Shown: positions 8,929 through 17,993, counted from the first letter of the stretch. The stretch: 64,000 bases of DNA from an uncultured Eubacteriales bacterium (GCA_900547165.1 URFZ01000013.1:1292-65291), one strand, 5' to 3'. Notes: a model not told the origin generated them from the letters alone. A program made the numbers and translations.

Positions 8929-10059
8929 TCATTTTATTCCGTAATACTCTCTTATCATTTTGAATATTTCTTCGTGTGTTATGGACTTATCCCAAAGGAA
9001 TATATCATACACATATTTATCATCAACCCAATGCCAGCACGAAATATTCTTGAAATAACTTACGGTTATCTCGTCATTGATTTTAACTTTTTCTTCTATG
9101 TCGCTGAATACGGGATTTCCATGAAGTTCAAGGTCACATATATCGAAATCTATTGCTATTTCTTTATTCTCATTTTCACACCTGACATTAATGTCAAAAT
9201 ATTCTTTCCAAAACAATGTCAAATTATACCAGCAGGAAACCCTTATGCCGTCAGGCAATCTGAATCCGAATTCTTCCGGCAATGTTTCGGGAGGAAGTTC
9301 AACGTCCCAAATATCAGTCGGTCGTTCCGTTTCATCAAGTTCGCCTCTTAAACCCGCCTCAACAATCTTTTTTTCCTCATATCCGATCTCATCAAGAAAA
9401 TTGGAAGCGATCTCCTTGACAACGCCGAGATACATCGTATCGTCCGCAACAAGCCTGAATTCGTAACGGTAATACAGCCATATAAACAAAATCTTGTTAT
9501 CGTAGCGATAGTATTTTATGTCCCAAGGCGAGATCTCCATATCATCGCTGACAAGCACCGCCCCGTCAGGAACATACGGAGCAGAGACGGAAACCATTTT
9601 TTGCTCTATTGAAAACGTTTTTACGCCGTCCGAAAACTCATAAAAATTGTGAGTGTCGGTATGGTCTTCGGAAACAAGCGAATAGCCGACAGGAATAAAA
9701 TACGGCTGATAATCGCTCTCTATTTTTGCGTTAAGCGCACGTTGTCGCTCTTCTTCCGAAGCAAATATTTCCGTCTTCTGACCGCCGAAAGTCTGCGAGA
9801 AAAAGCGGAAGAGCGGTTCGCGTATCGCCTTGACCGAAAGCGGCACGGCAAGCACGGTCAACGCTATGAGAATTGCTATCAAAACACGCTTCGGAATTAT
9901 GTAAAAGACCGCGAAAACACGCTTTTTCGCAAAAAGTTTTTCCATTCGTTCCTTGTGCCGTTCCGAAAAATCGGGAACGTTGTCCGACGGGCGAATCACG
10001 TCGAACGAGTTGCCCGCAACAGCGCGGGCAATGTCTTTATAAAAAGTCCTTTTTCCCAT
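8929..10059 (-). CDS. DUF4367-type membrane protein (putative anti-sigma factor), paralog 2
   Basis: About 225 N-terminal residues are identical to paralog 1 apart from one Y/D difference. The start MGKRTFYKDIARAV at 10059 lies 41 nt after the sigma stop. Confidence 0.6.
   Translation of the reverse strand: MGKRTFYKDIARAVAGNSFDVIRPSDNVPDFSERHKERMEKLFAKKRVFAVFYIIPKRVLIAILIALTVLAVPLSVKAIREPLFRFFSQTFGGQKTEIFASEEERQRALNAKIESDYQPYFIPVGYSLVSEDHTDTHNFYEFSDGVKTFSIEQKMVSVSAPYVPDGAVLVSDDMEISPWDIKYYRYDNKILFIWLYYRYEFRLVADDTMYLGVVKEIASNFLDEIGYEEKKIVEAGLRGELDETERPTDIWDVELPPETLPEEFGFRLPDGIRVSCWYNLTLFWKEYFDINVRCENENKEIAIDFDICDLELHGNPVFSDIEEKVKINDEITVSYFKNISCWHWVDDKYVYDIFLWDKSITHEEIFKMIREYYGIK
9373..10043. 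repeat. direct repeat copy 2 (5' halves of the DUF4367 paralogs)
   Basis: See 8165-8835. The junk + frame ORFs 8441-8875 and 9649-10119 are identical for about 125 codons, which confirms nucleotide identity. Confidence 0.85.
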
Positions 10060-10099
10060 TACTCGATGTTCCTTAAAAAAATCCCCAATCAAACGGTCT

Positions 10100-10654
10100 T
10101 TACCTATCGCTCTTTTTGAGTTCCGCCGCCAAAAAGCGTTTTACTCTCGAAGAACGCTTTCTTGCCACCGCCTCGGAAACGCCGAGAAGTTCGGCAATTT
10201 GAGCAAATGACAGTCCGTTCATATAATGCAGGACAAACGGGTCGGTAATTTCGACAGGCAATTCTTTGAGTTTTTCGACGGCGTTTTCATACATAACTTT
10301 GCTGAACACTTTTTCGTCCACTCCGTCATCGCCGACGGAAACGAGATCGAGTTCGTCAATACTTCCGACTTCCGTTTGATTTGCCGTTCTGCGACGGCGC
10401 AAAGCGTCAAAGCAAACGCTTCGAACGGTCATGTACAAATAACTTCTAACCTCGTCGCTTTCGGCGTCCTCAGGTGCGGGAAGCACCTTGATCATACGGC
10501 AAAAAGCGTCGTGCAGCGCGTCTTCCGCGTCCTCTTTGTTGCTCAGGATACCGAGCGCGTAATGATACATGGTTGAGCAATACAGTTCGTATATTCTGGT
10601 AAAACTCGCCTTTTCCGCTTCCGTCGCAAGCGTTTCCAAAAACATTGCAAGCAT
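10100..10654 (-). CDS. RNA polymerase sigma-70 family factor, ECF-like
   Basis: Region 2 (YHYALGILSNKEDAEDALHDAF) and a region 4 HTH (LSFAQIAELLGVSEAVARKRSSR). A GGGGGAGAA RBS precedes the ATG at 10654. Confidence 0.85.
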   Translation of the reverse strand: MLAMFLETLATEAEKASFTRIYELYCSTMYHYALGILSNKEDAEDALHDAFCRMIKVLPAPEDAESDEVRSYLYMTVRSVCFDALRRRRTANQTEVGSIDELDLVSVGDDGVDEKVFSKVMYENAVEKLKELPVEITDPFVLHYMNGLSFAQIAELLGVSEAVARKRSSRVKRFLAAELKKSDR

Positions 10655-10968
10655 TTTTAATTTCTCCCCCGGGGTTTTCTTCTCTCTTTAACTTGTATTA
10701 TATCACACGCCCGCATTTTTTTCAATCTTATTTTCGAATTCTGCAAAAAGCTCCGATAAATATATCACAAAGTTCATTATTTCGCGTGTCACATTTTTGC
10801 GTTTCAAACGTTACAGAGAAAAAACTTCCGCATCCGAACTACGAATTGTCAGCCGAAGCAAGTCGGGTGCATTCGCGCAGAGTTTTTGTACCGTCAAGTC
10901 CGACCCACGTTCAGGTAAACTCAGTCTGACAAAACCTTGCAAAAATATCTTTTGTCACTTATTTTCTC

Positions 10969-10997
10969 TTGACAGCGCGGGCCTTTTGCGGTATTAT
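10969..10997 (+). promoter_or_regulatory. sigma-A type promoter for the lipoprotein/DHHW operon
   Basis: TTGACA (10969-10974), 17 nt, TATTAT (10992-10997). Confidence 0.5.
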
Positions 10998-11043
10998 ATT
11001 TTTACAGGGATACAAATATATAACAAAAAAGAGGGACGGAAAA

Positions 11044-11520
11044 ATGAAAAGAAGTTTTTTGAATGTTTTTTGCGCCGTCGCCGTACTTGCGGCGGTTATC
11101 TTGACCCTTGCGGCGTGCGGAGGGGACAAAACGGGACAGACAACGGCGGCATTTGACGCGGAAAACGCGTTTTCGCGACTGCTTTCGGAGGTAAAATACG
11201 CAGAAACGCTTTCGGACACAAGTTCTTCGGCGGATTTTATGTTTTCCGACCTGCCGCAGAACGTCGAAATAAAGATGTACACCTGTGAAAGCGGAAGCCA
11301 TCCCGACGAACTGATAATGATGAAAGCCGCAAAAGCAGAGGACGTGCAGGCTCTTGAAACAGCGGCAAAAACGCACCTTACCGAACTCACGGCGCAGTTA
11401 AAGGATTACAACCCGCAGGAAGTTCCGAGAGTTGAAAACGCCGTTGTTTGTACAAACGGACTTTATGTTTTTGTCTGCGTTACCGATGACGTCGAAACAG
11501 CAAAAGCGATTCTGGGATAA
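11044..11520 (+). CDS. lipoprotein, DUF4358-like
   Basis: Signal peptide with lipobox LTLAAC-GG. The ATG at 11044 follows AGAGGGACGG. Size and context next to a DHHW protein fit DUF4358. Confidence 0.6.
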   Translation: MKRSFLNVFCAVAVLAAVILTLAACGGDKTGQTTAAFDAENAFSRLLSEVKYAETLSDTSSSADFMFSDLPQNVEIKMYTCESGSHPDELIMMKAAKAEDVQALETAAKTHLTELTAQLKDYNPQEVPRVENAVVCTNGLYVFVCVTDDVETAKAILG

Positions 11521-11531
11521 GCGGTACGGAA

Positions 11532-12776
11532 ATGAATGAAAAAGAAAAAACTCTTCTGACGCCGGAAGAACAGGAGCGACGCCATCAGGTTGCGGAACAG
11601 CAGCGATGCAAGGCGCGCGCCGAACGGGCACGGAAAAAAAGAAGAGCGGAAAAAATAAAACTGATCATAGGCATTGCGTTTGTTACGTTGCTGACCGCGG
11701 CGGCTGTTTTTATAATTATCCGATACGTTTTGCCCGACGCGGGCAAAGACGCGCGGCAGCCGAAAACATCGCCGTCCGAGGAGCAGACGTCTTCTTCCTA
11801 TACGACGCAAACGCCGACAACGGCACCGGAACCGACACATGACTATCCCGAACTGAAAAGCAAAAACGGCACGTTCAACACATATTCTTCGGGCGCGATA
11901 AGAGTTGACAACGCCGCGTTCAGCGTGTGCGGAACATTGAGCGACAGCGTAACCTCAAAATATGCCGCGCTCGTTTCCGAAGTTGCGGACAGCCTTAACG
12001 GAAAAACAAAAGTCTACTCGCTGATAATTCCAACATCATACGGCGTGACGCTCCCCGACGATATAAAAACGCAGATAGCCAACTACGCCGACCAGGGCGA
12101 AAACATCGCAAAAGTCTTTTCGAAGATGTCCGAAAATGTCACTCCCGTTTATTGTTACGACGACCTGATGACCCACCGCGACGAATATCTGTATTTCCGC
12201 ACCGACCACCATTGGAACGGCAAGGGCGCATATTACGCCTATGAAGCGTTTTGCAGAACAAAAGGCATCGAGCCGTTCACGCTCGAAAAACGTGAGAAAA
12301 AAGAGTTCGACGGCTTCCTCGGCACGATGTATCAGAACAACGGCAAGGACGAAAACCTGCTTCCCGCAGACACGGTCGAAGCATTTTTGCCCGTCAGCGC
12401 AAATGCGGCGATGAAGTTCACCAACACGGACGGCACAACATACGATTGGCCCATTGTCAAGGACGTTTCCGAATGGTCGAGCGGCGCAAAATACAACACC
12501 TTTGCGGGCAGCGACAACCCGATAACGGAGTTCACAAACCCCGACGTTGCGGACGGCTCCGTGCTGATAGTTGTCAAAGAATCTTTCGGCAACGCGCTGC
12601 TTCCCTACCTCGTTGATCACTACTCAAAAATCTACGAGATAGACTACCGCTATTGGAAAGGCGACCTTGTCTCCTTTGCCGAAGAGGTCGGCGCGGACGA
12701 CCTGCTTTTCGCGAACAACATAATGATGACGTCCACAAGCCTGCTCGTCGGAAATTTGAGTAAAATTATAAAGTAA
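11532..12776 (+). CDS. DHHW family protein (SGNH/AlgX-like, membrane anchored)
   Basis: The eponymous motif FRTDHHWNGKGAYYAY. A basic N-terminal region is followed by a TM anchor. Confidence 0.75.
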   Translation: MNEKEKTLLTPEEQERRHQVAEQQRCKARAERARKKRRAEKIKLIIGIAFVTLLTAAAVFIIIRYVLPDAGKDARQPKTSPSEEQTSSSYTTQTPTTAPEPTHDYPELKSKNGTFNTYSSGAIRVDNAAFSVCGTLSDSVTSKYAALVSEVADSLNGKTKVYSLIIPTSYGVTLPDDIKTQIANYADQGENIAKVFSKMSENVTPVYCYDDLMTHRDEYLYFRTDHHWNGKGAYYAYEAFCRTKGIEPFTLEKREKKEFDGFLGTMYQNNGKDENLLPADTVEAFLPVSANAAMKFTNTDGTTYDWPIVKDVSEWSSGAKYNTFAGSDNPITEFTNPDVADGSVLIVVKESFGNALLPYLVDHYSKIYEIDYRYWKGDLVSFAEEVGADDLLFANNIMMTSTSLLVGNLSKIIK

Positions 12777-12783
12777 ATATAAA

Positions 12784-12823
12784 ATCGCCCGTGAACCTCT
12801 GTTATGGTTCACGGGCGATTTTA
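12784..12823. terminator. bidirectional terminator between the DHHW and AAA+ genes
   Basis: 14-bp stem ATCGCCCGTGAACC / GGTTCACGGGCGAT, flanked by A-runs and T-runs. Confidence 0.6.
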
Positions 12824-12840
12824 TATTGCAATTTATTCAT

Positions 12841-14214
12841 TTACAGTTTTTCGGCGCTCGGCATATTTCCTTGCGCAAGGTCTCCCGCAACAAACGGAAG
12901 AAAATAGAACGGAACGGTCAGCAATTTTTTCGGAGCGTCATAGCCGTAATTGTTGCCCGAAACTTTTATCGCATATTCAAACTTGTTATGCGCTGAAAAC
13001 TTTTCAAGAGAGTTCAGATTTCCCTTGCTTTTCTTAATATCTATCGGGAAAAGTCTGTTGTCCGATTCAACAACAAATTCAAGTTCCGCAGACGCCTTGC
13101 CTTTCCAATAAAATAACTTCAAGCCCTTTGCGGTCAATTCGTCCGCCGCAAAATTCTCAAAGAAAATCCCCGAAAGAGTGTTTTCTCTGTCTTTTGAGAT
13201 AAACGAAGCGGCGTTTATCCCGCTTTGGTAAGAGAACATACCGATATCGCCCAAAAACAGACGGAAATTGCTTTCGCTGTCCGGCATAAGCGGCAATGTT
13301 ATATGTTCTTTAAGTTGATAAGACCTGTTGACGATATGCGCCGTTGTCAGCCATTGTATTGCGGTTTCGAAATCCCGTGTTCTGCTGTTTTTCTCAATCA
13401 GTCCCGGGGCAAAGTTCTTTGATTCTTTATTGAGCTCGGGATATATGTTTGAAAAAAGCGTTCGGGAGCGCAGCACCGATTCCCTGCTTGCCTGATAAAG
13501 CTCCATATCGGCAAGATAGTTGTCATAGAGGTCTTTCAGAATATTTCTTGCGTCAAACAGATTGCCGCCGTCAAGATATGCCGCAACGGCTTCCGGCATT
13601 CCTCCCACAAGCAGATACCTGTAAACCTGTTCAAGCGCAAGTTCGTGTATTTTTCCGTCAAGCGGAATTTTCTTTTCATACGCCCCTTCTATTTTTTCAA
13701 AAAGTACCTCGTTGGCGTTTATCAAAAACTCATCAAACGTCATCGGATAAACCGTTATCTGATTTATTTTTCCGACAGGGAACAAGAATTTCTGACCGCT
13801 TGCCTGCCCTCTTTTATGCGTCTCACGCTGAATTTTAATTCTGACCATAGACCCCGTTGCAATAACGGGGACTTTTCTGAAATCCTGACAAAAATATTTG
13901 AGCGCGGAAACAATGTTCGGACACTCCTGAACTTCATCGAATATAATCAGCGTCTTTTCGTCGATTTTTTGTCCCTTTGTAAGAGAGATGTATTCTATGA
14001 TTCTTTTTGCGTCCGCCGTTTGCGAACAAAATTCGCATATCTCGTCCTCTATTTTGCAATCAATATAAATATAACTGTTTTTGTAATACGTCTCCGCGAA
14101 AATATCTTTTACAAGATAAGTCTTTCCGACCTGACGCGCTCCCCATACTATCAAAGGTTTTTTATTTCCGTTTTCATTCCAAGAGACCAACTCTTTCAAC
14201 GCATTTCGTTTCAT
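12841..14214 (-). CDS. AAA+ ATPase with a DUF4143-type C-terminal domain (COG1373-like)
   Basis: Walker A GARQVGKT and Walker B LIIFDEVQ. It is 457 aa. The gene is visibly more AT-rich than its neighbours. Confidence 0.8.
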   Translation of the reverse strand: MKRNALKELVSWNENGNKKPLIVWGARQVGKTYLVKDIFAETYYKNSYIYIDCKIEDEICEFCSQTADAKRIIEYISLTKGQKIDEKTLIIFDEVQECPNIVSALKYFCQDFRKVPVIATGSMVRIKIQRETHKRGQASGQKFLFPVGKINQITVYPMTFDEFLINANEVLFEKIEGAYEKKIPLDGKIHELALEQVYRYLLVGGMPEAVAAYLDGGNLFDARNILKDLYDNYLADMELYQASRESVLRSRTLFSNIYPELNKESKNFAPGLIEKNSRTRDFETAIQWLTTAHIVNRSYQLKEHITLPLMPDSESNFRLFLGDIGMFSYQSGINAASFISKDRENTLSGIFFENFAADELTAKGLKLFYWKGKASAELEFVVESDNRLFPIDIKKSKGNLNSLEKFSAHNKFEYAIKVSGNNYGYDAPKKLLTVPFYFLPFVAGDLAQGNMPSAEKL

Positions 14215-14241
14215 AAAAACCTCCCTTTTGTTTACGGTTTT

Positions 14242-14270
14242 ATTATACCACGTTTTTTTCGCATTTTCAA
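14242..14270 (-). promoter_or_regulatory. promoter of the AAA+ ATPase gene
   Basis: On the minus strand: TTGAAA (14270-14265), 17 nt, TATAAT (14247-14242). Confidence 0.5.
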
Positions 14271-14282
14271 GCCCTTTTTGTA

Positions 14283-14373
14283 ATTAATTGCACGTTTACG
14301 GGTATTTTCAAATCAATTAATTGCACGTTTTGGGGTGTTTTCAGAGTCATTATTTGCACGTTTGCGGTTGTCA
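14283..14373. repeat. three phased 33-bp direct repeats (ATTAATTGCACGTTTnnGGGTnTTTTCA)
   Basis: Units at 14283-14310, 14316-14343 and 14349-14373. They lie just upstream of the -35 of the AAA+ gene, in the divergent region shared with the XRE gene. Confidence 0.7.
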
Positions 14374-14532
14374 AAAATATTTTTTCTGTTCTGCGACGCG
14401 TTTATTCAATGAAAGAAGCCGAATGAAAGGCAGAAAACCGACGCAGAACAAAAATCCGCCGTCTGATAAAAAAGATAATTAAAAACTTGAAAAAACTAAC
14501 GCTGGTAAAATTATACATTCGCTGCCGGTTTG

Positions 14533-14561
14533 TGTAAAATTCCGTTTCAGAGTGTTATAAT
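14533..14561 (+). promoter_or_regulatory. extended -10 promoter for the XRE gene
   Basis: TGTAAA, 17 nt ending in TGt, then TATAAT (14556-14561). Confidence 0.4.
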
Positions 14562-14603
14562 ATCGCTGTAAGGTTGAAGAATAACAGCGAAAAGAGGCGG
14601 AAC

Positions 14604-14939
14604 ATGAGCGAAAAGGAATCGGTTGAACAGTTGATAGGCAAACGCATTCAAAAACTGCGAAAAGCAAGGGGCTACACGCAGATGACCTTTGCCGAAAAGG
14701 TCGGCATATCAACTAATTATCTTTCCGATATAGAGCGCGGCAACAGTTCCGTAAGGCTCGAAAAGTTGGTCGCGATAATAAACGCGCTCGACTGTTCGGC
14801 TGATGATGTTTTTGCGGACGTTATTAAAAACGGCTACAAAATAAAGGCTTCGAAAATTTCCGAGGATATCGAGAAACTTCCGAATAAAGAGAAAGAACGA
14901 GCCTTTGCTATTCTGGAAGCATTTTTACAAAACAAATAG
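14604..14939 (+). CDS. XRE family HTH transcriptional regulator
   Basis: IGKRIQKLRKARGYTQMTFAEKVGISTNYLSDIERG. The ATG at 14604 follows AAGAGGCGG. Confidence 0.85.
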   Translation: MSEKESVEQLIGKRIQKLRKARGYTQMTFAEKVGISTNYLSDIERGNSSVRLEKLVAIINALDCSADDVFADVIKNGYKIKASKISEDIEKLPNKEKERAFAILEAFLQNK

Positions 14940-14950
14940 ATTATACAAAA

Positions 14951-14984
14951 TTAAGCCTACAAAATAGTGGGCTTAATTTTTTTT
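14951..14984 (+). terminator. intrinsic terminator after the XRE gene
   Basis: TTAAGCC / GGCTTAA stem followed by TTTTTTTT. Confidence 0.65.
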
Positions 14985-15059
14985 CCCTCTTTTATTTTTT
15001 CAAAAAATATGATATACTAATCCTATTAGCATTATAATATCGTTGAAAGGATTAGTTAT

Positions 15060-15536
15060 ATGAAAGATAAAACCTGTTGTTTCACCGGGCACAGGAAGTT
15101 GCCGACGGAGAAACTTAACAAAATCACGGACGAACTTGAAAAAACCGTTATCGGGCTTATAGCGGACGGTTACCGTTTTTTCGGCACGGGCGGGGCTCTC
15201 GGTTTTGATACCGTTGCGGCGCAGACCGTGATAAGATTGAAAGACAAATATCCGAAGATAAGGCTGATTCTCGTTCTGCCCTGCACCGACCAAGCAAAAT
15301 TTTGGAAAGAAGATGACAGCAGAGAATACGAGCGTATCAAGAAGTTGGCGGATAAGACGGTATATACTTCCGAAAAATATTACAACGGTTGTATGGCAAA
15401 AAGAAACAGACACCTTGTCGATAACAGTTCCGTCTGCGTGGCATATCTGACGCAGAGCGGCGGAGGTACGGCATATACTGTTGAATATGCAAAAAAACAC
15501 GGACTTAAAGTTATAAATATAGCAAAAAACCTGTAA
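15060..15536 (+). CDS. SLOG family / DUF1273 protein (YpsA-YoqJ-like)
   Basis: N-terminal CCFTGHRKLP, then GGALGFD and GGGTAYTV, which are nucleotide-binding-like motifs typical of the family. Confidence 0.8.
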   Translation: MKDKTCCFTGHRKLPTEKLNKITDELEKTVIGLIADGYRFFGTGGALGFDTVAAQTVIRLKDKYPKIRLILVLPCTDQAKFWKEDDSREYERIKKLADKTVYTSEKYYNGCMAKRNRHLVDNSSVCVAYLTQSGGGTAYTVEYAKKHGLKVINIAKNL

Positions 15537-15550
15537 AAAAGCGCAAAAGA

Positions 15551-15576
15551 ACCCCGAGCCGCAAGCGGCTCGGGGT
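15551..15576 (-). terminator. terminator of the LRR gene
   Basis: ACCCCGAGCC / GGCTCGGGGT stem. A T-rich tract follows on the minus strand only. Confidence 0.5.
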
Positions 15577-15646
15577 CTGCTATACATTATTATATATTTT
15601 TGCGATTGAATATGCTCTGCCTATGAAAAAGTCTCTTTCGGCGCAA

Positions 15647-16486
15647 TCAGAACCACGGGCTCCATTCGCCGGGGTCGGGGTCTTTTCCGCCGTCGGTAAG
15701 TCCCTCATATTTGACGGTTATATTATTGGCGGAGCAGTACGCGTCGGCGTCAGAACCTTTCGGGCAGGTCACGACAAGCGAGGACGGACAGCCGTCAAAG
15801 AGGTCAGAGCCGAACGTTTTGACCGCGGCGTGAAGACGCAGAGCCGTAAGAGACGAGCAGTTTGCAAAGGCGTAATCGCCGAGCGACACCGCATTGTCGG
15901 GAATAACAAGCGAGACAAGCGAGGTGCAGTCCTCAAAGGCGGACGCGCCGACAACTTTCAGTGTCAACGGAAGCGTTACGGACGTAAGAGACGAGCAGCC
16001 GTCAAACACGGACGGCGCGAGCGTTTCTACGCCCTCGGGAACAACGACGGAAGCAAGAGACGCGCAATTCAGGAATGCGTGGCTGCCGAGGTTTTTAAGG
16101 TTGTTCGGAAGCGTTACGGACGCAAGTTTTGCGTCGTTTGCGAACGCGAATCTGCCTATCGAAGTCACGGTTGAAGCAAAAGCGACTTCCGTCAGTTCGG
16201 AACAGTTCGAAAAGGCGTAGTAGCCGACGGATGTTATGCCGTCCGACACAACGACTTTCTTTATCTGAGAGCGGTAATCCGCCCACGGAACGGTTGCCGA
16301 TGAATAACTGTTCATATCACCTGAGCCGCTGACGGTCAGCGTTCCCGACGTGAACGAATAGGTTGCGTTGTTGCCGCATGAACCGGAATAGTTTGCGGCT
16401 GAGGTCACGACAAGGCAGACGCAAACGGAGAGTATAATGCAGACCGCAAGCGCGGCGGCAAGCAGTATCTTTGCGCGTTTCTTCAT
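15647..16486 (-). CDS. secreted BspA-type leucine-rich repeat (LRR_5) protein
   Basis: Signal/TM segment followed by repeated ..IGxxAFxxCxxLxSVxLP.. units. Confidence 0.8.
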   Translation of the reverse strand: MKKRAKILLAAALAVCIILSVCVCLVVTSAANYSGSCGNNATYSFTSGTLTVSGSGDMNSYSSATVPWADYRSQIKKVVVSDGITSVGYYAFSNCSELTEVAFASTVTSIGRFAFANDAKLASVTLPNNLKNLGSHAFLNCASLASVVVPEGVETLAPSVFDGCSSLTSVTLPLTLKVVGASAFEDCTSLVSLVIPDNAVSLGDYAFANCSSLTALRLHAAVKTFGSDLFDGCPSSLVVTCPKGSDADAYCSANNITVKYEGLTDGGKDPDPGEWSPWF

Positions 16487-16496
16487 ATCCGAATCC

Positions 16497-17171
16497 TCAC
16501 TTGATTTTGTTGTCGTTGATTATGTTGGAAAGCACTTCGCGTGCAAATTCGTATTCTTCGCCTTTCGTTTTGCTTATGCTTATCAGGGATTTTTCATTGA
16601 AAACACGAACACCCCAATACATCGGAGTTGTCCAATATTTCAGGCTTTCGCTGTTTTTGAAAGCAGAACCCTCGGCATTCCAGACCGTGCCGTCATACAG
16701 CAGAGGTTCGTCCGTTAAGTCCGAAATATCGCCGAAATAGCCGACTTCCGTCATCTGCTTCAAACCCGCGTCGTCCACCATTATCAGCATGACAGAGCCT
16801 GCGGTGTACATATTGGAGAAGTTTCTGAGGTTGTCCTTTACCATGTCGGCATCGTGATTTTCGCCGATAAAATAATTTTCTATCTCAATTCTGACCTGTC
16901 CGTCGCCCGTATAGTCGCGGACATACGGTTCAAGAGCCTTTTTCAGGTTTGTTTTATCCTCGGCGTACGATATCGGGTCGGCGGAAAGATAATATACAAC
17001 AACGTCGATATCAACGCGGCCGATACATTGAGAAAGACCGACACCGACGGCAAGCAGAACGACGAGAGCCCCCAAAGTATGCCATTTGTAATAGTACCAG
17101 AAATTTTCGAGTTTGCTTTTAAAACTCTTCTTCTCTTTTTTTTCGGCGGTGCTACCGTTTGTCATTTGCAA
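16497..17171 (-). CDS. membrane-anchored hypothetical protein
   Basis: One TM segment (LGALVVLLAVGVGL) and an extracytoplasmic domain. No family recognised. Confidence 0.5.
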   Translation of the reverse strand: MQMTNGSTAEKKEKKSFKSKLENFWYYYKWHTLGALVVLLAVGVGLSQCIGRVDIDVVVYYLSADPISYAEDKTNLKKALEPYVRDYTGDGQVRIEIENYFIGENHDADMVKDNLRNFSNMYTAGSVMLIMVDDAGLKQMTEVGYFGDISDLTDEPLLYDGTVWNAEGSAFKNSESLKYWTTPMYWGVRVFNEKSLISISKTKGEEYEFAREVLSNIINDNKIK

Positions 17172-17325
17172 AGCCTTTCCGACGTAAAAAATACGCCTTA
17201 TAAAGTGATTATATCATATACGGCAAAAAATTTCAACATTTTTTTGCAATCATGCAGATTTTTTGTAATTTTCACAAAGCGCGGACAATGAGATTGTAGA
17301 AAATGGACAAATCATAAATCAGGAT

Positions 17326-17907
17326 TTAGCCGAAGATCGCGGAAATGACACCGAGATGTTCAAGCAGAATCTCGATGCCGATAAGACATAGGATTATGCC
17401 GCCCGCAAGTTCGGCTTTGTTTTTGAAGCGTGTGCCGAACAGGTTGCCGACTTTAAGTCCAAGCGCGGAAAGACCGAACGTTATCGCGCCTATGCAGGGT
17501 GCGGCGATGTAAACGGGAATGTTCGGGATAACCGTGACAAAAGAAATTCCGACAGCGAGCGCATCAACGGAAGTGGCAAAAGCAAGCACAAGCATTGCCT
17601 TGAACGAAAACGACGCGTCTACGCTTTCCTCTTCTTTCGAAAAACTTTCGCGTATCATGTTCGCGCCTATAAGACAGAGCAGCGCAAACGCGACCCAATG
17701 GTCGTATTTCTGAATGTATTCTTCAAGTTTTTTGCCGAGGAGGTAACCGACGGTGGGCATAAGCGCCTGAAAGCCGCCGAACCACGCGCCTATCAGAATA
17801 TAGTGTTTGGGGCGCAGTTTCTGCACGGAAAGGCCTTTACATATCGAAACGGCGAAAGCGTCCATCGATAGTCCGACGGCTATCATGATAAGATTGACAA
17901 TATCCAT
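17326..17907 (-). CDS. mntP: manganese efflux pump MntP
   Basis: Two DUF204 repeats carrying the SMDAFAVS and SVDALAVG motifs. Confidence 0.85.
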   Translation of the reverse strand: MDIVNLIMIAVGLSMDAFAVSICKGLSVQKLRPKHYILIGAWFGGFQALMPTVGYLLGKKLEEYIQKYDHWVAFALLCLIGANMIRESFSKEEESVDASFSFKAMLVLAFATSVDALAVGISFVTVIPNIPVYIAAPCIGAITFGLSALGLKVGNLFGTRFKNKAELAGGIILCLIGIEILLEHLGVISAIFG

Positions 17908-17993
17908 AAAAATCTTCTTTCTCTTATATATGTAAAGAATACGCTTTTCCCCGTTGGGTTTGACGCAGATAAGAGTTTAAAACGCTTCTGCCG

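Noticed and set aside
7715-10092. Diversity-generating retroelement (template/variable repeat) as an explanation for the mosaic paralogs
   Set aside because: No reverse transcriptase is nearby. The diverged segment differs by indels and all substitution types, not adenine-specific changes.
14283-14373. Mini CRISPR array (regularly spaced repeats). The same question was asked for the other repeat families.
   Set aside because: There are only three degenerate units with no unique spacers between them (the units abut), and no cas genes. The other families are 190-245-bp units present twice. None has CRISPR geometry.
17908-17993. Possible yybP-ykoY (Mn) riboswitch upstream of mntP
   Set aside because: Only 86 nt are available between the upstream stop and the mntP ATG. 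The minus-strand sequence lacks the conserved GGGGAGUAG / GACA-type core segments, so it is too short and does not match.
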